Origin: Rhodospirillaceae bacterium
GTDB lineage: Bacteria; Pseudomonadota; Alphaproteobacteria; GCA-2731375
Assembly (NCBI GenBank): GCA_018660265.1
Contig: JABJKS010000106.1
Span: forward strand, 1,144 to 65,143
Reading direction: 5' to 3'
DNA: 64,000 bases
Shown piece after piece: positions 7,906 to 17,209 of the stretch (the first letter of the stretch is position 1; each line of letters opens with the position of its first letter). The notes under the pieces are model-generated. The model saw only the letters and a program-made list of their open reading frames with translations. It was not told the DNA's origin and made no database searches. The translations under genes were made by a program, and so were the position numbers.

Positions 7906-9060
7906 CTAACCCCGCGACGGCAGTACCACCACGCCGGTGCCTTGGATCGATAGTTCATCATCTTGCTGATGGGCCTTTTGGCTGATCTCTACACAATGGC
8001 GACCATCACCATCGATGAATTTATTGCTCACTTCGCCGTTGATATACAGCACGTCGCCTTCCGGGTTATGGCGGCGGATACGGGTTTTGTGGTTGGCCAG
8101 GAAACCGTCATCGCCCATCCAGTTGGTTAGGTGATGGGTCAGCCAGGAGACCCGCTCCGGCCCATAGTCATAGGCACCGGGGGCACCGACTTCGACTGCG
8201 AAATCGTTCTCCCAATGCACCCGCTCGGGGCAGTCGGGGATGTTAAAGCGGTTGGTAATGCCCAGGCCGGGATGTTTATGGATCTGTTGCCAGGCTAGTT
8301 TGTTGGCACGAATATAAAGCCCACCCCAACCTTGGGCATAGCAGATGAAGCCCGTGGCGGTCATGGGGCCTTTGAGCATCGTGGGTAACTTGTCGCCGAC
8401 GTTGACGTCTTCATAATAACGGGTTTCGCCACCCCGGATTTCTTCCTTGGCATAATGGCGATAGATATCCACCAGCTCTTCCTCGGTATAGCGCAGCTGG
8501 CCTTTTTTTGCGGCGTCATACTTGGTGCCGGCTTCCCGCGCCTTGTCGCGTTCCGTGCGGAAGCACCAGCTGTCGGCGCTGCAGATATTGTCGCCGTCCT
8601 GGTTATAGAATTCCACATGATAGACCTGCTCGATCGCGCGGCCTGAAAATTGTGTGTCGTGGGGGATCAGCTCCTTCAACCAGGCTTCACAATGGACTTC
8701 GTCATTGCGGTTTAGATGCTTATGCCAGTTCCAATCAGCCCCGGCCCACATGGCATGGATGCCGGGCAATCCGCCAACATAGCCGGAGATGATGCGGTTG
8801 GTCGCGAACAGAAATGAGGGCAAGGCGATCAGGCCGTCATATTTGGTCTTCGCGGCATATTCGGGATCACACCACAGGGGATTGTCGTCACCGATGCCGT
8901 GGGCATAGTGGCGGATGTTGTCCCGGGTTGCCTCGTAACACCACGGCTCCGGCATATTCTCGATCTTCACGCCGACGCGTTTTTGTAGATCTTCCAGGCC
9001 CCGTTCGGAGATTTTGGGGAACCGTCCCCCACTTTCGCTGGCTTGGCTTTCGTCGCTCAT
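7906..9060 (-). CDS. Double hot-dog MaoC-family acyl dehydratase
   Basis: IRHYAHGIGDDNPLW and YEDVNVGDKLP..KGP MaoC-type segments; paralog of 38660-39811. Confidence 0.8.
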   Translation of the reverse strand: MSDESQASESGGRFPKISERGLEDLQKRVGVKIENMPEPWCYEATRDNIRHYAHGIGDDNPLWCDPEYAAKTKYDGLIALPSFLFATNRIISGYVGGLPGIHAMWAGADWNWHKHLNRNDEVHCEAWLKELIPHDTQFSGRAIEQVYHVEFYNQDGDNICSADSWCFRTERDKAREAGTKYDAAKKGQLRYTEEELVDIYRHYAKEEIRGGETRYYEDVNVGDKLPTMLKGPMTATGFICYAQGWGGLYIRANKLAWQQIHKHPGLGITNRFNIPDCPERVHWENDFAVEVGAPGAYDYGPERVSWLTHHLTNWMGDDGFLANHKTRIRRHNPEGDVLYINGEVSNKFIDGDGRHCVEISQKAHQQDDELSIQGTGVVVLPSRG

Positions 9061-9063
9061 TGT

Positions 9064-10611
9064 CTACTCTCCTCTCGCGGCCGCTTCGCGGTCCCGCAGT
9101 ATTTTACGATTAACTTTGCCCGCCGGCGTCTTTGGCAACTCGTCCGCGAAGGCGACGATGCGGGGATATTCGTGACGGCTCAAATTCTCTTGAGCAAATA
9201 ATTGAAGTTCCTTGATAAAGCTGTCATCACCGTCCCGGTCGCTGATGATGAAAGCCTTGACGACGAGGCCCCGGATGTCGTCGGGAACACCGATCACGGC
9301 GGCTTCCAACACATCCGCATGTTTTAAAAGGGTATCTTCAATTTCCATTGCCGACATGGTCCAGCCGGCGGAAATGATGACGTCGTCGGCCCGCCCGCCG
9401 TGAAAAAAATAACCTTCGGCATCAATGTGCCCGCGATCCTTGGTGGGGAACCAGCCGTCCCGGCGCATGACCATGATCTCGCCCACTTCGTCCGGGGCGC
9501 AATGTTCACCCTTGGGGTTCAGAATGGCGACGTCCTGGCCGGGGATGGGCATGCCCAAAGATCCCAGTTTCGGCGGCAAATCCTCGGCCCCCGGATAACT
9601 ACCCAGCAGGACGCCAACTTCTGTTGTGCCGTAGAAACTGCACGGATACTGGCCAAACGTGGCCTTGGCCCATTCCGCCGTGTCCGTATCCATGGGTTCG
9701 CCGGTAAAGCTGACTTTTTCCAGGTTGAAGTTGTAATTGCCGGAGGTGCCGGCGTTTTTCATCATCCTGAAATGGGTTGCCGCCGCCGACAGATTGCTGA
9801 TCTCAAACTCTTCCAGGGCTGCCATCAACCGCTCCGGATCGAACTTGCCGGCATAAGAGGCCGTGGTAATGCCCAGAGCATGGGGCGACAGGGTGCCGTG
9901 CCAAAGACCATGCCCCCACGCGGTGGAGGAGGGGCACATGAAACGGTCGCCGGGCCTGGTGCCGGTGCCGTACAGGGCGGCCAGCATGACCGTGACAATG
10001 GATTGGTGGCGATGCTTCACGGCATCGGGCAATTCCCGCGTGGTGCCGGAAGTATATTGATACATCGCCATGTCACGGCCGGCGGTGGTCATTTCAAAGG
10101 CCGTATCGTAATTTTCAAGCATGGCCATGAAGTCATCATCTGCGATGGCCGTGTCGCAACCCGCATCTGCGGCCAAATCCGTCTTTTCAGGGGCCAACAG
10201 CAGGAATTTCGGCTGGCAGTCCCCAACCCGTAAACGCAACGCATCGGGGCCGAACAGGGTGAACATGGGCACCGCCACACAGCCGGCCTTCATGGCACCG
10301 TACAGGGCAATATAAAAATGCAATGACGGCTCTACCATCAGGGCAACCCGTTCGCCCGGCGCGATGTCCTGGGCGCGAAGATAGTTGGCGTAACGTCCCG
10401 ACCAGTCGGATATTTCGCCGAACGTGTAGCTTTCCGAACCACCTTCCGCCAAGGCAATCCGCACCGCCACGCGGTCCCGGGGGTGGCGTTCGATACATTC
10501 GTGGGCAATGTTCAGGGCCTCCCGATCGCCATCGAACAATTCCCAAAGTCTTTCTTTGGAACAGTGCTTTTGAGCGTCGGCGAATGAGGTGTAGTCGGTC
10601 AGCAGTGGCAT
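9064..10611 (-). CDS. Acyl-CoA synthetase (AMP-forming)
   Basis: YTSGTT, YGTTE, GRADD, LPKTPAGK adenylation motifs; start moved to the ATG at 10611 because the longer ORF overlaps the promoter. Confidence 0.9.
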   Translation of the reverse strand: MPLLTDYTSFADAQKHCSKERLWELFDGDREALNIAHECIERHPRDRVAVRIALAEGGSESYTFGEISDWSGRYANYLRAQDIAPGERVALMVEPSLHFYIALYGAMKAGCVAVPMFTLFGPDALRLRVGDCQPKFLLLAPEKTDLAADAGCDTAIADDDFMAMLENYDTAFEMTTAGRDMAMYQYTSGTTRELPDAVKHRHQSIVTVMLAALYGTGTRPGDRFMCPSSTAWGHGLWHGTLSPHALGITTASYAGKFDPERLMAALEEFEISNLSAAATHFRMMKNAGTSGNYNFNLEKVSFTGEPMDTDTAEWAKATFGQYPCSFYGTTEVGVLLGSYPGAEDLPPKLGSLGMPIPGQDVAILNPKGEHCAPDEVGEIMVMRRDGWFPTKDRGHIDAEGYFFHGGRADDVIISAGWTMSAMEIEDTLLKHADVLEAAVIGVPDDIRGLVVKAFIISDRDGDDSFIKELQLFAQENLSRHEYPRIVAFADELPKTPAGKVNRKILRDREAAARGE

Positions 10612-10643
10612 GGTGGGAACCCGAGTTGCGGCGAAGACAGAGA

Positions 10644-10699
10644 ATTTTAGGATATCTCCAATAATTGTCAATACGCAATAATATTGTCTATAGACAATA
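10644..10699 (-). promoter_or_regulatory. Sigma70-type promoter (TTGACA-N16-TAAAAT) plus 18-bp palindromic operator TATTGTCTATAGACAATA
   Basis: -35 at 10671-10666 and -10 at 10649-10644 (minus strand); perfect palindrome 10682-10699 in a divergent intergenic region; block repeated at 40953-40986. Confidence 0.75.
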
Positions 10700-10767
10700 A
10701 CCGTGCTTGCTTTACCTCGAAACGAAGGGTGGTAACAAAGCCGTCCATAGCGTGCTATGAGAGGGGT

Positions 10768-11715
10768 ATGAACTTACAAGCGCCAGACCTGCCCGGTGAT
10801 ATCACCAGCGACATCCCAGATGGTTTCCAGCCTTTTGTCCACAATGGGCGTTTCGCGGATTGCATTGGTCCGTTCTATGCCAAAGCACTGCCAGAAGGCG
10901 GCTTTCGCTATCTTTTCAAAACAGCCGCCATGCACGCCAATCCCAATGACGTTACCCATGGTGGTGCGTTGTACAGTTTTGCCGATCACATAACCGGACA
11001 TGCCGTCGTCAACGCTACGCACCGGGGTTGCGCCACGATCAAGTTCAAGGTGGAATACCTCTCTCCCGTACCTCTTGGGACCTTGGTCGAAGGGACGGTC
11101 GAATTGGTCCGCATCACCCGCACCATGGCGTTCTTGCGTCTGCGCCTGTTTGCAGGCGATCTAACCCTGATGACCGCCGATGGTGCCTATAAATTGTTCG
11201 CGCCATTTGATCCGGCCATGTTTGATCCCCTAAATCCGGGCCTGGGCAAAGAGGAACCGGCGCAAGGTACGGAAGTGCTGCCAGAGTTGCCGGAGGGATT
11301 TCAACCCTTTCCCAGCCAGGGAAGTTTCCCCGCCTTATGCGGGCCGACCCATTATCGCCGGGACAAAGACGGCGGCTTCATGAACGGCTTTCAGGCCCGG
11401 CAGATGCATGACAACACCAACAACATTGTCCATGGCGGGGTGCTGTTTACCTTCGCCGATGATATTATGGGCCGGGCCAGCTCGGGCATAACACGGCGCA
11501 TGTCCACGACCATTGCCCTGAATGTGGAATATCTGGCGCCGGCACCCCTTGATGCCTGGATCGAAGGCGCCACGGAAATCACCTATATGGATGATCGCTT
11601 TGCCTTTGTCCGCAGTCGCATCTTTCACGGCGACCGCATTCTTCTGACCGCCGATGGCGTCTGGCGCCTGTTACAACCACATAGTTATTCAAAAAAGACG
11701 GAGGCTGCGAAATGA
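10768..11715 (+). CDS. Tandem PaaI-family thioesterase (two hot-dog domains)
   Basis: Two copies of the H.N....HGG.L..FAD motif; GAGGGG RBS before the ATG at 10768. Confidence 0.85.
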   Translation: MNLQAPDLPGDITSDIPDGFQPFVHNGRFADCIGPFYAKALPEGGFRYLFKTAAMHANPNDVTHGGALYSFADHITGHAVVNATHRGCATIKFKVEYLSPVPLGTLVEGTVELVRITRTMAFLRLRLFAGDLTLMTADGAYKLFAPFDPAMFDPLNPGLGKEEPAQGTEVLPELPEGFQPFPSQGSFPALCGPTHYRRDKDGGFMNGFQARQMHDNTNNIVHGGVLFTFADDIMGRASSGITRRMSTTIALNVEYLAPAPLDAWIEGATEITYMDDRFAFVRSRIFHGDRILLTADGVWRLLQPHSYSKKTEAAK

Positions 11716-12596
11716 GTGTTCCCATCAGTCAGCAGACAATTGGTGCGGCCAGGGTCACAAGGGTGGAGGAGATGGCCGGCCCGGGATTTCGCCTTTCCAC
11801 CATTTTTCCCGACTGGGACGCGGCTGTGTTTGAAGAGCATAAGGACTGGCTGGTGCCCACATATGTCAATCCGGAGAAGATGACCGCCCTGTTGAATATG
11901 CATTCCTGGGTCGTCGAACATAATGGCTTGACCGTGCTGATCGATACCTGTGTCGGCAACGACAAGGACCGCATGCCGGCGGAAAACTGGACCAACAATC
12001 AAGGCCCCTACTTGGAACGCCTGGCGGAGGCGGGATTTCAGCCTGAGGACATTGACATGGTCATGTGCACACATCTGCACGTGGATCATGTGGGTTGGAA
12101 CACAAAGCTGCTGGATGGCCGTTGGGTGCCGACCTTTCCCAATGCCAAGTATCTTTTTTCCCGGGCTGATTTTGAGCATTATCAAGCCCATGCGGAAGAG
12201 GATATGGATCGTTTAAGCTTTGTGGATTCCGTGCTGCCCATCGTCGAACACGGTCTGGCGGAAATGACCGAGGGGGATCATCTTCTGGCGGAAGGCCTGT
12301 TGCTGGAACCGGCACCGGGACATACACCGGGCCATATCACCCTAAAATTGGAATCGGGCGCGGATGCCGCGATTTTCACGGGCGATATTCTGCATCATCC
12401 CTTGCAAGTCTATCATCCCGAATGGAACAGTCGTTTTTGTATTTTGCCGGATGAAGCGCGAACGTCCCGGCGGCGGGTGCTGGATTTTTGCGCTGATCGT
12501 GGTGCCTTGTTGATGCCGGCGCATTTCGGTGCGCCCCATTGCTGCCACATTGACAGGGCAGGGGAAGCCTATAGCCTGCGTTGGCATCACGGTTAG
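11712..12596 (+). CDS. MBL-fold metallo-hydrolase
   Basis: THLHVDHVGWN, PGHTPGH and GD..HH motifs. Confidence 0.9.
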   Translation: MSVPISQQTIGAARVTRVEEMAGPGFRLSTIFPDWDAAVFEEHKDWLVPTYVNPEKMTALLNMHSWVVEHNGLTVLIDTCVGNDKDRMPAENWTNNQGPYLERLAEAGFQPEDIDMVMCTHLHVDHVGWNTKLLDGRWVPTFPNAKYLFSRADFEHYQAHAEEDMDRLSFVDSVLPIVEHGLAEMTEGDHLLAEGLLLEPAPGHTPGHITLKLESGADAAIFTGDILHHPLQVYHPEWNSRFCILPDEARTSRRRVLDFCADRGALLMPAHFGAPHCCHIDRAGEAYSLRWHHG

Positions 12597-12702
12597 GTGC
12601 CATAATTTTGACGCCACCAATTTGATACCGCAATTAGGTGATCACGATCACACCATCTTGTATGGTTACGGGTTAGTACTTGGTCGAAACCGGAGATTAA
12701 CC

Positions 12703-13251
12703 ATGTACAATACTTTCCGCGCCCCTATCGTGGCGCTTTGCCTTGCCTTCGCTTTCCTGTTTGCCGGCCCTGCCCAATCCGGCCAGGTTGATGCCAGCGA
12801 TATCATTTTCAAGGAGGTGGAGAAGCGCCTGATTGAGGAATATTACGCGTCGCGACGGGCACCAGATAGTCGCTACGAACGTCATCATGACGACGAAGAC
12901 GGCGAACGCCATAGAGATAAGCATGGCAAGTCGGGCAAGTCGGGCAAGCACGGCAAGCACGAAAAATACGGCAAAAAACATCACGGTAAAAATAAGAAAA
13001 ACAAGCATGGCAAACACGGCCTGCCCCCTGGTCTTTCGAAACGACATGGCCTGCCCCCCGGCCTGGCGAAACGCAAACGCCTGCCCCCCGGCCTGGCCAA
13101 GCGTGATCTGCCGCATGATCTGAACGATGTGCTGCCCAGCCCGTCACGCGGGACGGAGCGTGTTGTCATTGACAACAATGTTGTGCTTATACAAAAGGCG
13201 ACGGGGATCGTACTGGATATCTTGTTGGATGCTGTCGCGGATGCCAACTAG
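12703..13251 (+). CDS. Exported protein with His/Lys-rich linker and LPPGLAK repeats (RcnB/CigR-like)
   Basis: Signal peptide; HGKSGKSGKHGKH tract; three LPPGL(S/A)KR repeats; GGAG RBS before 12703. Confidence 0.7.
   Translation: MYNTFRAPIVALCLAFAFLFAGPAQSGQVDASDIIFKEVEKRLIEEYYASRRAPDSRYERHHDDEDGERHRDKHGKSGKSGKHGKHEKYGKKHHGKNKKNKHGKHGLPPGLSKRHGLPPGLAKRKRLPPGLAKRDLPHDLNDVLPSPSRGTERVVIDNNVVLIQKATGIVLDILLDAVADAN
13021..13110 (+). repeat. In-frame tandem repeat, 3 x 30 nt
   Basis: CTGCCCCC(T/C)GG(T/C)CT.. starting at 13021, 13051 and 13081. Confidence 0.85.
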
Positions 13252-13287
13252 GCGCGACAATTATATTGCAAAGGAAAGATTGAGATA

Positions 13288-13557
13288 ATGACTGGCAAAT
13301 GGAAGGGCTTGGCTGCCCTGGTTATCGCGCTGCCGCTTTTGACGGGCTGTTTTGAAGACAGCAAGGCCGAAATTCTGGCAAAAACCGAAGGTGTCTCCGA
13401 CAAGTCTGCCCTGACGGACGCTTTGGGCAAACCGGACGATATCTCAAAAGTCGGGCCATTGGAGACCTGGACCTATAATGCCTCCAACGGCACTGTGGCT
13501 TTTGTTATTGCAGGCTCTACCGTGACCTTGCGCACGACGGGCGACAAGGCAGAATAA
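13288..13557 (+). CDS. Small lipoprotein (SmpA/OmlA-like LGKPD..WTY motif)
   Basis: Lipobox LLTGC; LGKPD...ETWTY. Confidence 0.7.
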   Translation: MTGKWKGLAALVIALPLLTGCFEDSKAEILAKTEGVSDKSALTDALGKPDDISKVGPLETWTYNASNGTVAFVIAGSTVTLRTTGDKAE

Positions 13558-13571
13558 ACTGGTTCCGGTCG

Positions 13572-13997
13572 ATGGCTGATCTATTTGATCTTCCAGGATC
13601 GCTTGGTGCCTATGCCCTGCTGATACAACTTCCCCGATCGCTGACACTGCCCATACCGCGGCTGCAAAGTCCGACCCTTGCTCCTGGCCTGTACGTCTAT
13701 TGCGGTAGTGCCCGGGGGCCGGGCGGGTTGGCGGCCCGGGTTGGACGGCATCTTCGTGCAGAGAAACCCATCCGTTGGCATGTCGATCATCTGACCACCG
13801 GGGGAGAAAACGCGGGCCGGGTGCTGGATGTCCTTTGTCTGCCCGATGGTGATGAATGCGAATTGGTCGGGCAGTTGGGGGCCATGTCCGGGGTGGCTGT
13901 CCCGGTGCCGGGCTTTGGCAGCAGCGATTGCCGTCAATGCCGGTCTCATTTACTTTCGGTGCCAACAGGATTTATCCTGCCAACTCATTCCTTTTAA
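13572..13997 (+). CDS. GIY-YIG/Uri superfamily nuclease (DUF123)
   Basis: GAY.L, GLYVYCGSA, RWHVDHL, GFGSSDC..C.SHL motifs. Confidence 0.85.
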   Translation: MADLFDLPGSLGAYALLIQLPRSLTLPIPRLQSPTLAPGLYVYCGSARGPGGLAARVGRHLRAEKPIRWHVDHLTTGGENAGRVLDVLCLPDGDECELVGQLGAMSGVAVPVPGFGSSDCRQCRSHLLSVPTGFILPTHSF

Positions 13998-14032
13998 GTT
14001 CCCGGTGATTTTTCTGTGATAAGGCCGCAGCC

Positions 14033-15034
14033 ATGACGCTCACCAGATTTCCACGCGTGCCCCTGGGGCATTTCCCAACACCGCTTGAATACCTGCCACG
14101 GTTGACCGCGCAACTGGGTGGCCCGCGCATTCTGGTGAAGCGGGATGATTGTACCGGCCTGGCCCTGGGCGGCAACAAGACCCGCAAGTTGGAATTCCTG
14201 ATGGCTGAGGCGGCGGCCCAGGGCGCAGATACAGTGCTGACCACAGGCGGTGTGCAGTCCAACCATGTGCGCCAGACTGCGGCCGCCTGCGCCAGGGCCG
14301 GGCTGTCATGTCATCTGGTATTAGCCCGCGCCGTAGCATGGGATGACCCGGCGTATGAAACCTCCGGCAATGTGCAATTGGATCATCTGCTTGGTGCGCA
14401 GGTGCATCTGCTGCCCCCTGGCACGGATCGCGATGGGGCCCTGCGGCGCATGGCAAGTGCGCTAAAGAAGAGCGGCAGAACGCCTTATGTCATACCCAGC
14501 GGCGGCTCCAACGCCACTGGCGCATTGGGCTATGTCGCCTGCGCTGAGGAGTTGGAAGCCCAGGCCGACACGGATGGTGAACGGATCGATTATTTGGTCC
14601 ACGCCACGGGTAGTGGCGGTACCCAAGCCGGGCTGATCGCCGGTTTTCAGGCAATCGCCAGTCAGACCGGGGTTCTTGGTGTCGATATCACGGCGCATGC
14701 AGCGGACCTTCGCGGCAAAGTATCGGCTATTGCCAAGGATACCCTGGCACGACTGGGCGGCGGCGACAGATTTTCCAAGGATGCTTTGCAGATTGTCGAA
14801 GGCTACGCCGGCGGCGCCTATGGTATGCCGACAGAGGAAATGCGCGCCGCCGTCCGCCTTGTCGCGCGATTGGAAGGGTTGATCCTGGATCCGGTCTATG
14901 CCGGCAAGGCTATGGCCGGCCTGATTGACCTGGTGGCGAAAGGGCGCTTCAAGGACGATCAGACCGTTGTCTTTCTGCATACTGGTGGAATGCCGGGGCT
15001 GTTTGCCTACAACGACTATTTTCAAGAAAAATGA
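14033..15034 (+). CDS. D-cysteine desulfhydrase / L-cysteate sulfo-lyase family PLP enzyme
   Basis: KRDDCTGLALGGNKTRKLE, QSNH, GSGGT, LDPVY.GK, HTGG motifs. Confidence 0.88.
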   Translation: MTLTRFPRVPLGHFPTPLEYLPRLTAQLGGPRILVKRDDCTGLALGGNKTRKLEFLMAEAAAQGADTVLTTGGVQSNHVRQTAAACARAGLSCHLVLARAVAWDDPAYETSGNVQLDHLLGAQVHLLPPGTDRDGALRRMASALKKSGRTPYVIPSGGSNATGALGYVACAEELEAQADTDGERIDYLVHATGSGGTQAGLIAGFQAIASQTGVLGVDITAHAADLRGKVSAIAKDTLARLGGGDRFSKDALQIVEGYAGGAYGMPTEEMRAAVRLVARLEGLILDPVYAGKAMAGLIDLVAKGRFKDDQTVVFLHTGGMPGLFAYNDYFQEK

Positions 15035-15043
15035 ACCAGGACG

Positions 15044-15835
15044 CTAATCGATGGCGGTAAAGCCGCCGTCGACCACCACTTCCGAGCCGGTCATAAAGCT
15101 GGAAGCCTCGGAAGCCAGGAACAAAATGGCGTTGGCTATATCAATGGCTTGACCCATTCGTCCAATGGGATGCATATCACGCATTTTGTCCAGGACCACC
15201 TGTTGGCGCGCCTCATCGTGGTGGGCGATCATGTCGCGCACCATGGGCGTATCAATGGCACCGGGGTGGACCGAATTGACCCGCACGTTATAGCCGTAGT
15301 GCGCCGCCTCCGCCGCCGCCGCTTTCGTTATCAAACGCACGCCGCCCTTTGATGCCACATAGGCCGATTGCCGAACGAACCCTTTGATACCGGCGATAGA
15401 GGATATGTTGATGATGGAGCCGCCGCCCGCCGCCCGCATCGCAGGCATGGCATATTTCATGCCGAGAAAAACCCCTTCCAGGTTCACGGCGATAATTTTT
15501 TTAAAATCGGAAAGACTGGTGTCCTCTATTTTCGCGGTCATTTCAATGCCCGCCGCATTAACCAGAATATGCACGCCGCCAAATTTTTGTAACGTATCGT
15601 TGACAGCGGCTTCCCATGATGCTTCCTGGATAACATCCAGGGCGATGGGCATGGCTTGGCCGCCTGCGGCCTCGATCGCCGCGGCGTTTTCCTTTGCCAC
15701 CCCTTCGTTGATGTCGGCCACGGCCACCTTTGCCCCATGCGCAGCCAGCAATCTGGCGGTCTCCGCGCCAATGCCGGAGGCACCACCCGTTACCAAAGCC
15801 ACCTTTCCACTCACATCATAAACGCTGCCTGCCAT
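15044..15835 (-). CDS. Short-chain dehydrogenase/reductase
   Basis: TGGASGIG, NAAG, SS..G, YVASK, VNSVHPG, MTGSEVVVDGG. Confidence 0.92.
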   Translation of the reverse strand: MAGSVYDVSGKVALVTGGASGIGAETARLLAAHGAKVAVADINEGVAKENAAAIEAAGGQAMPIALDVIQEASWEAAVNDTLQKFGGVHILVNAAGIEMTAKIEDTSLSDFKKIIAVNLEGVFLGMKYAMPAMRAAGGGSIINISSIAGIKGFVRQSAYVASKGGVRLITKAAAAEAAHYGYNVRVNSVHPGAIDTPMVRDMIAHHDEARQQVVLDKMRDMHPIGRMGQAIDIANAILFLASEASSFMTGSEVVVDGGFTAID

Positions 15836-15994
15836 TCTACCGTTCCATTTCCTATTTGTTACAAAACCCATGAATTCTTATAGCCAATTGCCTACGGCGT
15901 TGTCTCGAATGGAAAAATGCAATCACGCGGTGGTTGCCTTGGTTGATCCAGTCCATTACGGTGACGGCGAATTATAACGAAATGGGAGGCTACA

Positions 15995-17077
15995 ATGAAA
16001 AAATTCGACATGTTTAAGCCTGTCGTTGCAGGGATGATCGCGGGGGCCATGGCCCTTGGTCTAGCGGTTGCACCGGCATCGGCTGAAATGCAGAAAAAGG
16101 AATTCAAGGTTGTTGGAACCTGGGGTTTCCTGGACCATTGGAAAGAGCGTGAAGGTCCGTTTTGGAAAGAGCGTCTGCCTAAGTTGTCGGGCGGCAAGTT
16201 GACCGCCAACGCCAAGTCGCAGACCGAACTAGGTCTTTCCGGCTTTGAAATCATGCGTCTGTTGAAACTCGGCGTGTACGATGCCGTGCATGGCGTGACC
16301 GGTTATGTGGCGCAGGACAGCCCCGCCATTGAAGGCGCTGATCTGTCTGGTGTGATCCAGGATCTGTCCATCTATCGCAAGGCCAACGAGGCCTATCGTC
16401 ACATTATGGCCCGTGAATTTGAAGAAAAATACGGTGCCAAATTGCTGATGATCTATGCCTGGCCCAGTCAACAACTGTGGTGCAACCTTGGCGACAAGAG
16501 CAACAAAAATGTTAGCTTGAAAGACCTAAAGGGTAAGAAAATCCGTACCTACAGCACCACGCTGGGTGATTTCATTGAAGGCATTGGCGGCTCCGCCGTG
16601 ACCATTGCCTTTGCCGAGGTCGTGCCAGCGCTGCAAAAAGGCGTGGCCGATTGCGGCATCACCGGTACCCTGCCGGCATATAACGCCAAGTGGTATCAGG
16701 TAGTGACCCACAATATCCGGGTTCGCCTGGGTTATGCCTCTTCCTTCCTGGCCATGAATACAAAGGTCTGGAACGGCCTAGATGCAGAAACAAAAGCTCT
16801 GCTGAAAAAAGAATTGGCCATTCTGGAAGAAGAGATGTGGGTGGCCACGGCGAAGAACGACGAACGGGGCATGAATTGCAATGCCGCTGGTCCTTGTGAC
16901 GGCCCTACTGGTGGCATGGTTCCCGTGGAACCGAGTATGGCTGACAAGGCCCAATTGAAAGACGTCGTGGAAAACTTCGTCCTGAAGCGTTGGGCCAAAC
17001 GTTGTGGCACGCAGAAATGCCTCGACGAATGGAATGCGACCATCGGAAAAATTTCCGGCATGAAGGCTGCCATGTAA
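15995..17077 (+). CDS. dctP: TRAP transporter substrate-binding protein
   Basis: Signal peptide; DLKGKKIRT, EVVPALQKGVADC motifs; followed by small and large permeases. Confidence 0.9.
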   Translation: MKKFDMFKPVVAGMIAGAMALGLAVAPASAEMQKKEFKVVGTWGFLDHWKEREGPFWKERLPKLSGGKLTANAKSQTELGLSGFEIMRLLKLGVYDAVHGVTGYVAQDSPAIEGADLSGVIQDLSIYRKANEAYRHIMAREFEEKYGAKLLMIYAWPSQQLWCNLGDKSNKNVSLKDLKGKKIRTYSTTLGDFIEGIGGSAVTIAFAEVVPALQKGVADCGITGTLPAYNAKWYQVVTHNIRVRLGYASSFLAMNTKVWNGLDAETKALLKKELAILEEEMWVATAKNDERGMNCNAAGPCDGPTGGMVPVEPSMADKAQLKDVVENFVLKRWAKRCGTQKCLDEWNATIGKISGMKAAM

Positions 17078-17099
17078 TTTCCGACACTAGACGAACAAG

Positions 17100-17131
17100 T
17101 TGGCGCCGCGTTTTAAACCGCGCGGCGCCAA
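17100..17131 (+). terminator. GC-rich stem-loop between dctP and dctQ (attenuating or mRNA-stabilising hairpin)
   Basis: TTGGCGCCGCG-N10-CGCGGCGCCAA followed by TTT. Confidence 0.65.
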
Positions 17132-17209
17132 TTTCGTAATCCCCGGGCTATTGTTGTATGAAGCCCTATAACAGGGGTCTCCATGATGCCTGGGTCAAGG
17201 ATATAGATT

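Noticed and set aside
13572..13997. GIY-YIG gene as a homing endonuclease or mobile element
   Set aside because: Short DUF123-type stand-alone protein with no intron, intein or flanking repeats.
14033..15034. ACC deaminase (acdS)
   Set aside because: Lacks the diagnostic Glu and Leu (has DPVYAGK and HTGG).
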